Positions 26,287-35,638 of a DNA stretch of 64,000 nucleotides are shown here, in pieces. Position 1 is the stretch's first letter. Each line of letters begins with the position of its first letter. Location of the stretch: contig CAVRUC010000010.1 of NCBI GenBank assembly GCA_963724295.1, forward strand, positions 90,304 through 154,303, in the 5' to 3' direction. The notes under the pieces were generated by a model, which saw only the letters and a list, made by a program, of their open reading frames with translations, was not told the origin of the DNA and searched no databases. The translations under genes and the position numbers were made by a program. The DNA is from an uncultured Chloroflexia bacterium (lineage in GTDB: Bacteria > Chloroflexota > Chloroflexia > Thermomicrobiales > UBA6265).

Positions 26287-26787
26287 TCAGAAACGAACGG
26301 CGAGCTTGGCGCGCAGCGCATCGCCCACGACTGCGGGTACCAACCCGTCGACATCGCCCCCGAGCGCCGCGACCTCCCTGATCAGGCTCGAGCTGATGAA
26401 CGAGTGCCCGGACGAGGTCATCAGGCAAACCACTTCGATGCCCGGCGCGAGATGGGCGTTCATGTGCGCGAGCTTGAACTCGTACTCGAAGTCGGAAACC
26501 GCGCGCAACCCGCGCACGATAACACCGGCATCCTGGGAGCGGGCGTAATCTACGGTCAGCCCGGAAAAACTGTCAACGCGGATATTCGGCTCGAGCGCCG
26601 TCGACACAACGTCACGGGCCAGCCCGATGCGCTCCTCGGTGGAAAAGAAGGCTCCGGGCTTTTCCTGTCCCTCGTAGACCGCGACGATGACTTCGTCGAA
26701 CAGCCGCGCGGCGCGGCGAGCGACATCGACATGGCCCAGCGTAATGGGATCGAAACTCCCCGGGTAGATCGCGCGTCGCGAGTTCAT
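26287..26787 (-). CDS. coaD: phosphopantetheine adenylyltransferase
   Basis: YPGSFDPITLGHVD motif. ATG at 26787 overlaps the rsmD stop in an ATGA arrangement. Confidence 0.9.
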   Translation of the reverse strand: MNSRRAIYPGSFDPITLGHVDVARRAARLFDEVIVAVYEGQEKPGAFFSTEERIGLARDVVSTALEPNIRVDSFSGLTVDYARSQDAGVIVRGLRAVSDFEYEFKLAHMNAHLAPGIEVVCLMTSSGHSFISSSLIREVAALGGDVDGLVPAVVGDALRAKLAVRF

Positions 26788-27407
26788 GACACTCCTACGC
26801 CGAGCTCGGCCGCGGTCCCCACCTCGACCTCGTCCATGTCCGCGTGCACGTGCAAGTAGATCGAAAAGCAACTATCACCGTAGCACCGCTCTCGGAGCCG
26901 CCGCAGCCGCCCGGCGTGCTGGGGCAGCGTCACTCGGGGCGAGTGTCCGATGACCAGCGTGGCGTCCGATTCTACCAACGGCGAGCGCCCGACTCGCTCC
27001 AGCGTGGCAACCAGCTCGGGATCGGCATAGGGTGGATCCATGAAGATCAGGTCGTAGGGTGCGATTTCGGTCTGGTTACGCTCGGCCCGGGCGAGGAATG
27101 CGGAGACCGGTTCCTGATAGACCCGCGTGACGTCGGCGTAGCGGGTGTGGGCCAGGTTGGCGCGGACCACGGCGGCGGCGGCGGCGTTCCGTTCGACGAA
27201 GTCGGCCGACTCGGCGCCCCGCGAGAGGGCTTCGATGCCGATGCCGCCGGTTCCGGCATAGAGATCGAGCACTCGTTCTGGCTCGACCCCGAGCGAGGCC
27301 AGCGTGGAGAAGAGCGCCTCGCGGACCCGGTCAGCCATCGGTCGGGTGAACTTCCCCGCCGGGCCCTTCAATTGAAATCCACGCCGATCGCCCGCAATGA
27401 CTCGCAT
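26784..27407 (-). CDS. rsmD: 16S rRNA (guanine966-N2)-methyltransferase RsmD
   Basis: MRVIAGDRRG, DLYAGTGGIGIEALSRGA and FMDPPY motifs. Confidence 0.85.
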   Translation of the reverse strand: MRVIAGDRRGFQLKGPAGKFTRPMADRVREALFSTLASLGVEPERVLDLYAGTGGIGIEALSRGAESADFVERNAAAAAVVRANLAHTRYADVTRVYQEPVSAFLARAERNQTEIAPYDLIFMDPPYADPELVATLERVGRSPLVESDATLVIGHSPRVTLPQHAGRLRRLRERCYGDSCFSIYLHVHADMDEVEVGTAAELGVGVS

Positions 27408-27428
27408 GTGGGGAGTATGGCCTGTGAG

Positions 27429-27540
27429 AGTCGGCAAGTCGTAAAGTCGGTAAGTGAATTGGTCGAGTGAGGCATACGACCTCCGCGGAATTCGCTGCCC
27501 TACTTTCTCCTTACCGACTTCCGACTGACCGACTTCGTAC
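27429..27540. repeat. forward AGTCGGNA x3.5 (27429-27456) and inverted NNACCGAC x4 (27511-27540) octamer arrays
   Basis: Read directly from the sequence. The arrays lie between the hypothetical gene and the rsmD start. Confidence 0.9.
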
Positions 27541-27591
27541 AAACACGAACCCGGCCTCGAGGGCCGGGCACGTGCGGGAAGGGGAAGGGGT
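27539..27591 (-). terminator. conserved 53-nt cassette; on the minus strand CCCGGCC-CTCGA-GGCCGGG hairpin followed by TTCGTGTTTGT
   Basis: 51/53 nt identical to 59892-59944. It lies about 70 nt downstream of the stop of the minus-strand gene 27662..28096. Confidence 0.6.
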
Positions 27592-27661
27592 GGAACGCTC
27601 TCGCGTTCCCTGGGTTCTGGGAGGGCGTCGAGGTGTAGGGGACGACGCTCTCTGCTGGTTT

Positions 27662-28096
27662 TTACGTCGCCGCCCGCGGTCCGGATTCATGCCCTGGCCC
27701 GTTGGAGCCCGGTGCATTCGGATCGGCAATTGCCGCACCGGTAGCCGCGTCGATCCATTTGCGCCGTAATCCATCGTAGTAATAGGGCCGGTCGAGGGGA
27801 GGAGCCGGCGTGGATGCGACCGGCCGGTCACGCCGGCTGAGGCCGATGCGCCGCGCGCCGGGCATGTACCAGACGCTGAACTCCGCATCCACGAGCTCGT
27901 CGAGAACTCGGCCGACCAGCCACCAGCCATCGCGACCAACGCGGGGCGGCAAGGTGATCCCCGTTACCCGCTCCGCAATCGCCGCCGTTGTCAGCCTGGT
28001 GTGGGTTGGATCGGCGCGATGGCGGGCACGCCGCGCCGCGACGGCCTTGACGACCGCGATGGCGCTCTCCTCGATCGTCGGATAGGGATCGCTCAT
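27662..28096 (-). CDS. hypothetical protein
   Basis: 144-aa ORF with protein-like composition, bracketed by repeat loci. No recognisable motif. Confidence 0.45.
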   Translation of the reverse strand: MSDPYPTIEESAIAVVKAVAARRARHRADPTHTRLTTAAIAERVTGITLPPRVGRDGWWLVGRVLDELVDAEFSVWYMPGARRIGLSRRDRPVASTPAPPLDRPYYYDGLRRKWIDAATGAAIADPNAPGSNGPGHESGPRAAT

Positions 28097-28230
28097 GACT
28101 GGGACCTCCCGGCGGCCACATCACGGCCACCATGCTTGACGGCCCCTGCCGGTCAGCACTCCGGCGCTCCGGGACAGATTAGATCATATGTTCTATTTCC
28201 TGAGAGGTCAATCCCTGGGACGGGATGACG

Positions 28231-28343
28231 GGGTCGCAGGGTCGCAGGGTCGCGGGGTGACAGGGAGAACGATCCCCCGCCACCCTGCCACCACGAGCGG
28301 AGCGAGTAACGACCCCGCCACCCTCGTCTGACTTCCGACTCAG
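28231..28343. repeat. mosaic repeat locus: GGGTCGCR x4, 32-nt module GCCACCCTGCCACCACGAGCGGAGCGAGTAAC, GCCACCCTCGTCT, TCCGACT units
   Basis: Read directly from the sequence. The module at 28279-28310 is identical to the reverse complement of 50410-50441, and 29 nt of it recur at 57671-57699. Confidence 0.9.
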
Positions 28344-29617
28344 AACGTCACTGGCAGCTGGGTCAGACCGCGCAGGAACGTGGCATCGCGCCAGCGCACC
28401 TCGTGGCGGGGTATGGCCAGCGCGAGATCTGGCATGCGTGACAACAGGGTGGCAAACGCGATCTGCCCTTCCAGCCGCGCCAGCGTCGCGCCGAGACAGG
28501 AGTGGATACCGGTGCCGAACGCGATGTGACGGTTCGGCTCGCGCGTGACGTCAAATCTCTCTGGATAGGGAAACTGCACATCATCGTGATTGGCGGAGGC
28601 CAGCAGCGCCACGATCTGCTCGCCGCGTCGCAAGCGCTGGCCGCCAAGCTCGGTATCCTGGCGGACCCAGCGGGGGAGACTCACTTCGACCGGCCCATAG
28701 TAGCGGAGCATCTCCTCGATCGCGGACTTGAGGAGACCCGGGTTCTGGTGCAGCCGGGCACGCTGCTCCGGGTGCTCGAACAGCGCCAATGTCCCATTGC
28801 CAATCAGGTTCACGGTCGTCTCGTGTCCCGCGACAATCAGCAGGAAGATCATCGAGAGCAGCTCGTTCTCCGAGAGCTTGTCTCCCTCGGCCTCGGCCAG
28901 CACCAGCCCGCTCAGCAGATCGTCGCCGGGATTGGCATGCTTTTCGGCGACCAGGCGGCGCAGGTAGGCGATGAACTCGATCAGCTTCGCGGTGACCGCC
29001 GGGTTCGCCCGGTCCGCCGGGGTGAAGGAGACGGCTGCCTGAGACCATTCGCGGAATTTGTCCCGGTCCGCCAGCGGAATTCCCAGCATTTCGGAGATCA
29101 CCGTCAATGGCAGGGGATAGGCGAAGTCGCTGATGAGCTCCATCTCGCGGCGGCCCGTCTCATCAGCTCGCGCCTGGACCGCATCGAGCAGCGTATCCGC
29201 AACCGCCTGCACGCGCGGCCGCAATCCTTCGATGAATTTTGGCGTGAACGGAATTGCCACGAGGCGGCGCAATCGGGAGTGATCGGGCGGATCGACGCGC
29301 AGGAGGTGCTGCCTCAGGATTTCGTCGATTTGCACCTCCATTTCCTGTTGCTCGGGGCTGAGATGCTCCGTGGCCTGCTGGAACAGTAGGGCATATTCCT
29401 CGTCTGTCAGCGCGCTGGATGGATCATTGGCAAATCGCTCATCGTCCTTGAGCATTGCCAGCACCTCCGCATACCGGGTCACGAACCAGATCGGTTCGCC
29501 GGTCGGCAACGTGACGCTGCTAACCGGTCCTTTCTCACGCATCGCCGTGTAGATCGGGAATGCCCGCTCCTTGAATTCCGCGCTGAACATCGCCGTGCCC
29601 GATTCCTGCTCTACCAT
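28340..29617 (-). CDS. cytochrome P450
   Basis: Heme-binding loop FGTGIHSCLG, EEMLR (ExxR), and AGHETT I-helix motif. Confidence 0.9.
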   Translation of the reverse strand: MVEQESGTAMFSAEFKERAFPIYTAMREKGPVSSVTLPTGEPIWFVTRYAEVLAMLKDDERFANDPSSALTDEEYALLFQQATEHLSPEQQEMEVQIDEILRQHLLRVDPPDHSRLRRLVAIPFTPKFIEGLRPRVQAVADTLLDAVQARADETGRREMELISDFAYPLPLTVISEMLGIPLADRDKFREWSQAAVSFTPADRANPAVTAKLIEFIAYLRRLVAEKHANPGDDLLSGLVLAEAEGDKLSENELLSMIFLLIVAGHETTVNLIGNGTLALFEHPEQRARLHQNPGLLKSAIEEMLRYYGPVEVSLPRWVRQDTELGGQRLRRGEQIVALLASANHDDVQFPYPERFDVTREPNRHIAFGTGIHSCLGATLARLEGQIAFATLLSRMPDLALAIPRHEVRWRDATFLRGLTQLPVTF

Positions 29618-29674
29618 TGGTCACTCCTCGTGTGATGTCGCTCGGCTGCTCATTCAGGACGAGACGCGCCGCGG

Positions 29675-31054
29675 TTGGGCAACGCTGAGTCTCCGCGTGC
29701 GGCACAATCGGCGCCGATGAGCGCTCGCCAGCCTACCGCCCAACCGCCGCCGCGTCACGAGCGCCCCTTCCGCGTGCTGCGCTACCGCGATTTCCGCCTC
29801 ATCTGGAGCGCGGAGGTTTTCTCTCAGACGGGAACCCAGATCCAGCGTGTGGCGGTCACATGGCAAGTATTCGAGCTCACGGGCGACCCCTTTCACCTTG
29901 GACTGCTTGGGCTGGTGCGATTCGTGCCGCTCTTTCTCTTTGGCCTGGTCGGCGGCGTCGTCGCGGATCGCTACGATCGTCGCCAGACACTCATCCTGTC
30001 GCAACTGGCGCTCCTGGTCGTGACCGGCGCGTTAGCCGGACTGACCGCGAACGGCAGTATTACCCTGGCATGGATATACGGGCTGACCGCGCTTTCGGCG
30101 CTGTTCAGCGCGGTTGCCGCCCCGACCCGCCATGCGTTGATCCCGACACTGGTGCCCACGGCGTCGATTCCATCCGCAATGAGCATGGGCGTGCTCGCGT
30201 TCCAGTCTGCCGGGATGGCAGGACCCGCCATCGGCGGTGTGTTGGTAGCTTCGGTCGGAATCGCCGCATCGTACGCGGTCGATGCCGCGACCTTCGGACT
30301 CGTCGCGCTGTCGGCGTTCGCGCTGCACTCGCGTCCGACACGGGCGGCGTCGATCATCAGCGGGCGCGCGGCCGCAATTGAGGGATTGCGATTCTTGCGG
30401 GAATCGCCGGTGCTGCTGGCAACGATGTCCCTGGACTTCCTGGCGAATTTTTTCGGGGCGATCACCACACTCATGCCGATCTTCGCCTCCGAGATCCTCG
30501 GCGGTGGACCGCAAACGCTCGGCTGGCTGCTGACGGCGCCGGCCGCCGGCGCCGTAGTCGGCGCCACGATCATGGCAAGCCGGCCCCCACTGACGCGCCC
30601 CGGGGTCGGGATCGTGGTCGCGATCGTCGTCTTCGGGCTCAGCATTACCGCGTTTGCGCTCAGCCGCAATCTTTGGCTCTCTCTGGCCTTCCTGGCTGTC
30701 AGCGGCGCGGCGGACTCGGTCAGCGTCTCCCAGCGGCACACGCTGCGCAACCTGCTGACGCCGGACCGGCTGCGGGGCCGGGTCGCGGCCGCGCATTCGA
30801 CGTTCGCCGCCGGTGGCCCCCAGCTCGGGGACCTCAGGTCGGGAATCGTCGCCTCGTTGACGAGCGCGCCCGTGGCGGTTGCCATCGGAGGGTTGGCCGC
30901 CGCGCTCAGCGCGCTGCTCGTCGCGCGTCAAGTGCCAGGGATCGCGGGCTTTCGGTGGGAGGCTGACGAAGCCTCCGCCGAGTTCAGCGATATTGAGAAA
31001 TCCGGTGGTAAAGGGATCAAACGTATTGACGAAAGAGGCTCCGGGTCGATATGA
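29675..31054 (+). CDS. MFS transporter (EntS/MFS_3-like)
   Basis: About 12 hydrophobic segments and FRLIWSAEVFSQTGTQ..GGVVADRYDRR motifs. Start may be the downstream Met at 29717. Confidence 0.85.
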   Translation: MGNAESPRAAQSAPMSARQPTAQPPPRHERPFRVLRYRDFRLIWSAEVFSQTGTQIQRVAVTWQVFELTGDPFHLGLLGLVRFVPLFLFGLVGGVVADRYDRRQTLILSQLALLVVTGALAGLTANGSITLAWIYGLTALSALFSAVAAPTRHALIPTLVPTASIPSAMSMGVLAFQSAGMAGPAIGGVLVASVGIAASYAVDAATFGLVALSAFALHSRPTRAASIISGRAAAIEGLRFLRESPVLLATMSLDFLANFFGAITTLMPIFASEILGGGPQTLGWLLTAPAAGAVVGATIMASRPPLTRPGVGIVVAIVVFGLSITAFALSRNLWLSLAFLAVSGAADSVSVSQRHTLRNLLTPDRLRGRVAAAHSTFAAGGPQLGDLRSGIVASLTSAPVAVAIGGLAAALSALLVARQVPGIAGFRWEADEASAEFSDIEKSGGKGIKRIDERGSGSI

Positions 31055-31405
31055 TGCGACCGAGTGTCCCGGGCAACCGTTTCTCCGGCGCTTAGCCGGA
31101 GAAAGCGCGCGGACGAGGGCACTGTCAGGCGGTTCGCCGCTTGGCCGCGTGGTTCTGGGAGGGCTGGGTTTTCTGGGTGGGGCGCAGGGGTGAGACGCGA
31201 CGGCTGACGCGGCTTTTTCCATCGACTTGCCGAAGAAATCCGTGAGCGCGGGCTCCGTCGGCTCGTAGCTCTAAACCGCTCCTGGTAAAGGCCCTGCGGC
31301 CGCGAGCTTCAGGCGTAGGGGACCTGAGGTTCGTCGCGCACGGCGCTCCGGCGCCGACGGTTGGTCCAAAGTTCAGCCAGTGTGCGAAGGGGAGGAGCGT
31401 CTCAA

Positions 31406-31945
31406 GTGAAACTCTCTCGAGTGGTTCTGGGTTCGGCAGTTGCGGTCTCGCTCGTTGGCGGTGGCCTGATGGCGATGCCGGTCGCCGCGCAGGATGAATG
31501 CGGTGTCGCCATCTATGGTGGCGACGTGTTGAACGAGACCGTCATCGATCTCAATGCGAACGGCGGCACCGGCATTGCCGATGCCAGCGGCGGCAGCGGC
31601 AACGTTGCCGAGACTGGTGGCGGCGGGGCTGAGGACATCGATACCGCGGCCTCCGGCAACGGTGGCGTGGCAAGCGCCGCGGCCAATGGTGGCGCGATCT
31701 CGACCGGCGACATCAACTCCGGCGGTAATGTCGGCAACGCGATCAGCGTCGGCGACACCACCTGCTTCCCGGTCTTTGAGGACAAGAAGGCCGACGTCGA
31801 CGACAAGGCCCACAAGGACGTCGGCGGTGAAGAAGTCGTCGCCCTGCCGGATACCGGCGTTGGTATCGGCGATGCGTCAGCGCTCTTCGCGCTGATCAGC
31901 TCGGCTGGCGCCGCGGCCGCATCCCTCGGGCTGCGCCGCCGCTAA
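31406..31945 (+). CDS. secreted Gly/Asn-rich protein with LPXTG-type cell-wall sorting signal
   Basis: GGGGAGGAG lies upstream of GTG 31406. The signal peptide ends ..AMPVAAQ. The C-terminus is LPDTG, then a hydrophobic stretch, then RRR. Confidence 0.7.
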   Translation: MKLSRVVLGSAVAVSLVGGGLMAMPVAAQDECGVAIYGGDVLNETVIDLNANGGTGIADASGGSGNVAETGGGGAEDIDTAASGNGGVASAAANGGAISTGDINSGGNVGNAISVGDTTCFPVFEDKKADVDDKAHKDVGGEEVVALPDTGVGIGDASALFALISSAGAAAASLGLRRR

Positions 31946-32014
31946 GTCGATTTCGCGCAATCCTGGACGGAGACGGCGTTTGTAACTGTCTCCATCCAGA
32001 GGCACGAACGACCC

Positions 32015-32052
32015 GAAGCCGCCGCGTCTCGAGACGCGGCGGCTTCTTTTTA
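32015..32052 (+). terminator. rho-independent terminator (perfect 32-nt palindrome GAAGCCGCCGCGTCTC/GAGACGCGGCGGCTTC + TTTTTA)
   Basis: Read directly from the sequence. It lies 70 nt downstream of the LPXTG-protein stop. Confidence 0.85.
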
Positions 32053-32119
32053 TGAGCCCGAACTGATTCCGGCAGACACGATCCGGGCGTCAGGAAGTCA
32101 GCAGGCAAATTGGCAACGC

Positions 32120-32176
32120 GGGCGACGCAGGCGTCGCCCCTACTCGCCGTCTGGCCGTCTCGCCGTCTTGCCGTCT
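32120..32176. repeat. REP-like palindrome GGGCGACGCAGGCGTCGCCCCTAC followed by (NGCCGTCT) x4 octamer array
   Basis: Read directly from the sequence. The array ends 3 nt from the recG stop codon. Confidence 0.9.
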
Positions 32177-32179
32177 CGT

Positions 32180-34750
32180 TCAGACCGCTTTCTCTGGAGC
32201 GGCGCGTTCCCAGAAATCCACGAATCGTCTGTGAAGTCGTTGGTGGTCAGGCGCGGTGAGCTCCGGGTCCGCGGCGAGGAGCGCCTCCGCCGCGCGCCGA
32301 GCGCGATCGAGCAGGCGAGTATCGAAGACCCCATCAAGCCACTGCATCTCCGGTAGCCCGCTTTGGCGCGTGCCGATGAAGTCGCCTGGCCCCCGCAGCT
32401 CGAGATCCTTTTCGGCGAGCAAGAAGCCGTCGTCGCTGGCGACCATCGTCTCCAGGCGCTGCTCGCCGTCCGGACTTCCTTCTTCCGCGAGCAGCAAGCA
32501 GTACGACAGCGCTCCCCCTCTTCCGACGCGCCCTCGAAACTGATGGAGTTGAGCCAGCCCGAAGCGGTCCGCCCCCTCGATAAGCATCACGGTCGCGTTC
32601 GGGACGTCGATACCGACTTCGATCACGGAGGTGGAGACGAGCACGTCGTAGCGCCGATCCCGGAAGTCGGTCATGACGGCATCCTTGTCCCGTGATTTCA
32701 TGCGACCGTGCAAGGTCGCGATGCGTAGCTCGGGAAAGACCTCCTGGCTGAGTCGTTCCGCTTCTTCCACCGCCGCCTTCGCCTCGATCGCGTCCGAGGC
32801 CTCGACCAGCGGGCAGATGACGAAGACCTGATGCCCTTTGGCGACTTCTTCGCGCACCAGGGCGTAGGCAGCCTCCCGCTCCGCGCCGATGTACCGCCGC
32901 GTTTCAATGGGGATGCGCCCCGGCGGGCGATGGGTCAGGACCGAGACGTCGAGGTCGCCGTGGATCACCAGGTTGAGCGTGCGCGGGATCGGGGTGGCGG
33001 TCATCGCCAGCTGGTGGGGGAGCCGCCCCTCGGTCTTCCCAGGGAGCGCCGCACGCTGCCGGACGCCGAACCGGTGCTGCTCATCGACGACGGTGAGCGC
33101 CAGCCGCGGCAGATCGATGCCATCCTGGATGAGGGCATGCGTGCCGATCAAGATATCGATCTCGCCAGCGCCCGCTGCTTCGAGAATCTCGCGCCGATCG
33201 GTCGCCCGTGTCGATCCGGTGAGCAACCGCACCCGCGGCCTCTCCCCATCCGGCAAACGGGCGTAAAGCATGCCCAGACCTTGCAGGTGCTGCTCGGCAA
33301 GGATCTCGGTCGGCGCCATCAGGGCGGACTGAAAGCCGTTGGCCGTCGCGGCGAGCATGGCCGCGGCGGCCACCGCGGTCTTGCCGGAGCCGACGTCGCC
33401 TTGCAGCAGCCTGGCCATTGGCTTCTGCTGGCTCATGTCTTCGAGAATCTCGACCAGGACCGATTGTTGCGTGCCCGTGAGCCGGAACGGCAATGACTCT
33501 GCCCACCGCCTGAGCAACTCCTCGTCGGTTTGGATCGGGATGCCGTCGTAGGCCTTGCGCTCGCGCTTGCGCAGCACCAGCCCCAGTTGCAAGAGGAAGA
33601 GGTCGTCAAACGCCAGCCGCTCCTTCGCCGCCTGGAGTGATGCCTCGTCGTCGGGGTAGTGAACCTGAGCAATAGCCTCCCGTAGGGGTGGCAACGCTCC
33701 ATCGGACGTCAGCCGCACCTCATCCGGCAAGTACTCCTCGACCGATTCCAGGGCGAGCTCGAGCGCCTGTCGGGAAAAGCCGCGCATCGACTTCTGGGCG
33801 AGTCCGGCAGTGAGTGGGTAAACCGGTACGATGCGTCCGGTTGAGACTCCACCACTCGTTTCTGAACTGACACGCTCCCACTCCGGTCCGGTGAAGGAGA
33901 GTGGTCCGTATCCTGACTCCAGCGCGCCGCTCACCGCGATTTCGTCGCCGACGTGGAGCACGCTGGCCAGGTACTGGTTGAACCAGGTAACCCGCACCCA
34001 CCCGGAGACATCGGCGAGCTTGATCGTGACCCGCGGCGCGCCGGGCCCTCGATGCAGCTGGACATCGGTCACGCGCCCACGCACCGTCACGTCGCTGCCC
34101 GGCCGCAGGTTCAGCGCCTCGCCGATGCGGATCGTGCGCGAGTAGTCGATGTGCCGTCGCGGCGCCAGGTGCAGCAAGTCGCCGACCGTCTGCACTCCGA
34201 GCCGGGCCAGTTTCTTGCTGGTTGCACCGCCCGCGCCTTTGAGCGCGGTGACCGGGTCATCGAGTGTGAGACGGGGCTTGGGTACGACTGGAGATGCCGG
34301 TGACGCGACGCGGTCTGACTCGACGCGCGGCCGATCGTTGGACTTGCGTGCCGGTCGCCGCGCGCTGTCCATGACGTTCATGGGACGAGCGGGCGCCTCG
34401 AGCCTGGCGACCTCAGGGATCAGCCGCTTGATCGCGGCGGCGATCTCCGTGAGCGCGGCCGGACGCCGCTCGCGGGGAAGCGTCGTGTAGGCGTCGAGAT
34501 CGGCGATCACGCGGCTCAGATCATCCGCGATCTGCTCGCTCGCCGCGGCTGGCCGCAGCCGGCGCACGCTACCGAGAGCCGTCTGATAGGCCATGCCCGC
34601 GGAGCAGCCGTCGCGCCACTCCCGGCGCAGCAACTCGACCGCCATCTCGAGTCGGGACCGGGCGTCCCCGGGTGGAAGCGTGGTCATTTCCGCATGGTTG
34701 GCGATGAGCGATCGATCCTGGTTCACGCCCGTATTGGGAGCAACTGCCAT
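32180..34750 (-). CDS. recG: ATP-dependent DNA helicase RecG with ~165-aa N-terminal extension
   Basis: Walker A GDVGSGKT, VVDEQHRFG box, and wedge/OB region preceded by LKGAGGATSKKLARLGVQTVGDLL. Confidence 0.9.
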   Translation of the reverse strand: MAVAPNTGVNQDRSLIANHAEMTTLPPGDARSRLEMAVELLRREWRDGCSAGMAYQTALGSVRRLRPAAASEQIADDLSRVIADLDAYTTLPRERRPAALTEIAAAIKRLIPEVARLEAPARPMNVMDSARRPARKSNDRPRVESDRVASPASPVVPKPRLTLDDPVTALKGAGGATSKKLARLGVQTVGDLLHLAPRRHIDYSRTIRIGEALNLRPGSDVTVRGRVTDVQLHRGPGAPRVTIKLADVSGWVRVTWFNQYLASVLHVGDEIAVSGALESGYGPLSFTGPEWERVSSETSGGVSTGRIVPVYPLTAGLAQKSMRGFSRQALELALESVEEYLPDEVRLTSDGALPPLREAIAQVHYPDDEASLQAAKERLAFDDLFLLQLGLVLRKRERKAYDGIPIQTDEELLRRWAESLPFRLTGTQQSVLVEILEDMSQQKPMARLLQGDVGSGKTAVAAAAMLAATANGFQSALMAPTEILAEQHLQGLGMLYARLPDGERPRVRLLTGSTRATDRREILEAAGAGEIDILIGTHALIQDGIDLPRLALTVVDEQHRFGVRQRAALPGKTEGRLPHQLAMTATPIPRTLNLVIHGDLDVSVLTHRPPGRIPIETRRYIGAEREAAYALVREEVAKGHQVFVICPLVEASDAIEAKAAVEEAERLSQEVFPELRIATLHGRMKSRDKDAVMTDFRDRRYDVLVSTSVIEVGIDVPNATVMLIEGADRFGLAQLHQFRGRVGRGGALSYCLLLAEEGSPDGEQRLETMVASDDGFLLAEKDLELRGPGDFIGTRQSGLPEMQWLDGVFDTRLLDRARRAAEALLAADPELTAPDHQRLHRRFVDFWERAAPEKAV

Positions 34751-34816
34751 CTGCTCCAGTGCCGGGGCGGTTGCAAGTCTAGCGCAGGGCGATGGGCTGC
34801 CCGGGCACCCCGTAGC

Positions 34817-35638
34817 CTACGCGACGTCTGCCTCGACGACCGCGACACCGAGAGCGCCGGGGCCGACCTGGGCCGCCACCGCCGGCCCGATCTGATGCAC
34901 GGCGAGACGGTGTGACGGAAGTCCCGTGCCGCCAGCAATTGTCCGGAGCAAGCGGTCCCCGTCAGTCTCACTGGTGGCGTAGAGCACCGCGCAGCGTTCC
35001 ACCGCGGGGAGCTCGCACACGAACTCGGCAAGCTCGTGGATCGCGCGGTGACGAGTACGTGCTCGCTCGTACGGGATAATCTGTCCTTCGTCGATGCGCA
35101 ACAACGGCTTGAGCTGAAGTGCCTCGGCGATCATCGCGGCGGAGCGTCCGATCTGCCCGTTTTCGCGCAGGTGTTCGACGCTCTCCACCGAAAAGACGAC
35201 GTGGTAGCGGTGAATCGCCGCCCGCAGGGTCGCCGCAATCTCGACGGCGCTCATTCCCTGCTGAGCCAGCTCGGCGCCATGCATGACCTGAAAGCCGAGT
35301 CCGAGGGAGGCGGAGCGGGAATCGACGACTTCGATAGCGATGACCTTCGCCAATCGGTCTCGCGCCTGGAGCGCCGCATCCACTATGCCCCCGAGCCGGC
35401 TGGAGAGGAGAACCGCGACAACCGCGTCGTGGTCATTCGCCAGCTCGGTGAATGTCGCCGCAAACGTATCGACCAGCGCTGGCCGCGGTGCTTTCGGGTG
35501 TCCCTCGACGTCGCGGGCCATTGCGGCGCGGCCCGGAACGGCAGCGACCGGCGCCGGGACGACCGTGATCCGTCCACCCGCTCGCATTTCGGGAGTGAGA
35601 TCGGCGCTGCTATCAGTGACGATCGCTATGCGTGCCAT
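34817..35638 (-). CDS. DegV family fatty-acid-binding protein
   Basis: IAIVTDSSADL N-terminus. Start is placed at MARIAIV. It holds a conserved position between recG and rpmB. Confidence 0.8.
   Translation of the reverse strand: MARIAIVTDSSADLTPEMRAGGRITVVPAPVAAVPGRAAMARDVEGHPKAPRPALVDTFAATFTELANDHDAVVAVLLSSRLGGIVDAALQARDRLAKVIAIEVVDSRSASLGLGFQVMHGAELAQQGMSAVEIAATLRAAIHRYHVVFSVESVEHLRENGQIGRSAAMIAEALQLKPLLRIDEGQIIPYERARTRHRAIHELAEFVCELPAVERCAVLYATSETDGDRLLRTIAGGTGLPSHRLAVHQIGPAVAAQVGPGALGVAVVEADVA

Noticed and set aside
31055-31405. c-di-GMP or c-di-AMP (ydaO-type) riboswitch upstream of the LPXTG protein
   Set aside because: Only scattered short resemblances were found (GGGGTGA, CCGTCGGCT..CGTAGC). 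The conserved cores and their order do not match, so the region is kept only as an unassigned long leader.
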